From: Lepidodermella squamata
Lineage: Eukaryota > Animalia > Gastrotricha
Assembly (NCBI GenBank): GCA_047495785.1
Contig: JBLDXI010000042.1
Coordinates: forward strand, 2,046,001-2,110,000
Direction: 5' to 3'
DNA length: 64,000 bases
The notes beneath the pieces are model-generated. The model was not told the origin of the DNA. It saw only the letters and a list, made by a program, of their open reading frames with translations, and made no database searches. Positions 63,193 to 64,000 of the stretch are shown here, in pieces (the first letter of the stretch is position 1; each line of letters starts with the position of its first letter). Both the position numbers and the translations under genes were made by a program.

Positions 63193-64000
63193 TCACTTTC
63201 TGGCGCTTGTATTTCCCAACGTAGTCTCGACTTTGTCAACTTTCCATCGCCAATGCCACGCGACAGCACTTGTGCCAGATATGATAAGCAAGCCGAAAGA
63301 AACCGCAGTTCTCTCAGTCACCGGTTGTCCCATTGTTATCGCTGCAATCAAAATCAGAGCCGGATACAACGTCATTGAGGCACAAGCCCCGATATACAGC
63401 GGCTTCAGCTCATCCAGTCCCTTCACGTGGCTCAATTGATAGGTTGGCAGCAAAGAGCTGAATAACATCAGGAAAATCGCTGCGCCAATGATTCCAAGTA
63501 AGCCCCAGGATGCCGGCCCAGATTCGCGGCAGTAGATCGACTTGGTTTCCACCATTTCATCTTTGATCTCATCGTAAAACGGCTCCCTGTTTAGCTCCAA
63601 TGAACAAGAGAAGCTCTGAATAAAAATCCATATAATGGATAGGCCAGTTATCACGACGAAGCAAACTCCCGTAGCCAGAGCTGTTTTTCGGTCAAGGCGT
63701 TTCCAAGCGCTTGGTGAAATTCCTATCGTAGCATGATTCAAATTGCCGCCATACATACTCGCTGGAGATCGACCGCCCGTGTTATGAACAGGTGTCACTT
63801 TTCGAATAAGCTCCGCGTAATAGGCGTCGATTTGCCCTCGAATATGGCGCATCAGCAGGTGCAACCGAGATGTTGTAGTCGCGAAGGTTAGCGATCCCCC
63901 AACAATTGCGAGGAATATCGAAGAAATCATTGGAACATCCTCGTTTGCGCCTAGACATGCTGCGACGTTCATGAGTACGCAACCGAAAGTTCCGGCAATG
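63193..64000 (-). CDS. C-terminal part of a divergent class C (GABA-B/GPR156-like) GPCR 7TM; runs off the window
   Basis: Five hydrophobic helices; ECL2 YCRES...W; the YQLSHVKGLDELKPLYIG segment parallels the class C ICL3/TM6 region. Confidence 0.65.
   Translation of the reverse strand, partial: IAGTFGCVLMNVAACLGANEDVPMISSIFLAIVGGSLTFATTTSRLHLLMRHIRGQIDAYYAELIRKVTPVHNTGGRSPASMYGGNLNHATIGISPSAWKRLDRKTALATGVCFVVITGLSIIWIFIQSFSCSLELNREPFYDEIKDEMVETKSIYCRESGPASWGLLGIIGAAIFLMLFSSLLPTYQLSHVKGLDELKPLYIGACASMTLYPALILIAAITMGQPVTERTAVSFGLLIISGTSAVAWHWRWKVDKVETTLGNTSARK

Overview
Eukaryotic, probably invertebrate, genomic DNA with ~50-nt GT-AG introns and a very high transposon load; no prokaryotic features. 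Host genes: a two-pore K+ channel, two paralogous Cys/Thr/Ala-rich secreted proteins, a degenerate PEP-synthase/PPDK-like gene, a trypsin-like protease, two tandem C-type-lectin-like membrane proteins and part of a class C GPCR. About 4.4-27 kb is a nest of DNA transposons, several resolved to exact TIRs and TSDs. The standout is an intact 5,280-bp Sola1-like DDD transposon (9449-14728; 30-bp TIRs, ATAT TSD). Opposite its transposase it carries three compact membrane-protein genes. One splices into a ~420-aa protein with the signal peptide, 6-Cys domain and C-terminal TM architecture of the GEX1/Kar5/Brambleberry nuclear-envelope fusion family. Family calls come from motif recognition by eye, not database searches.
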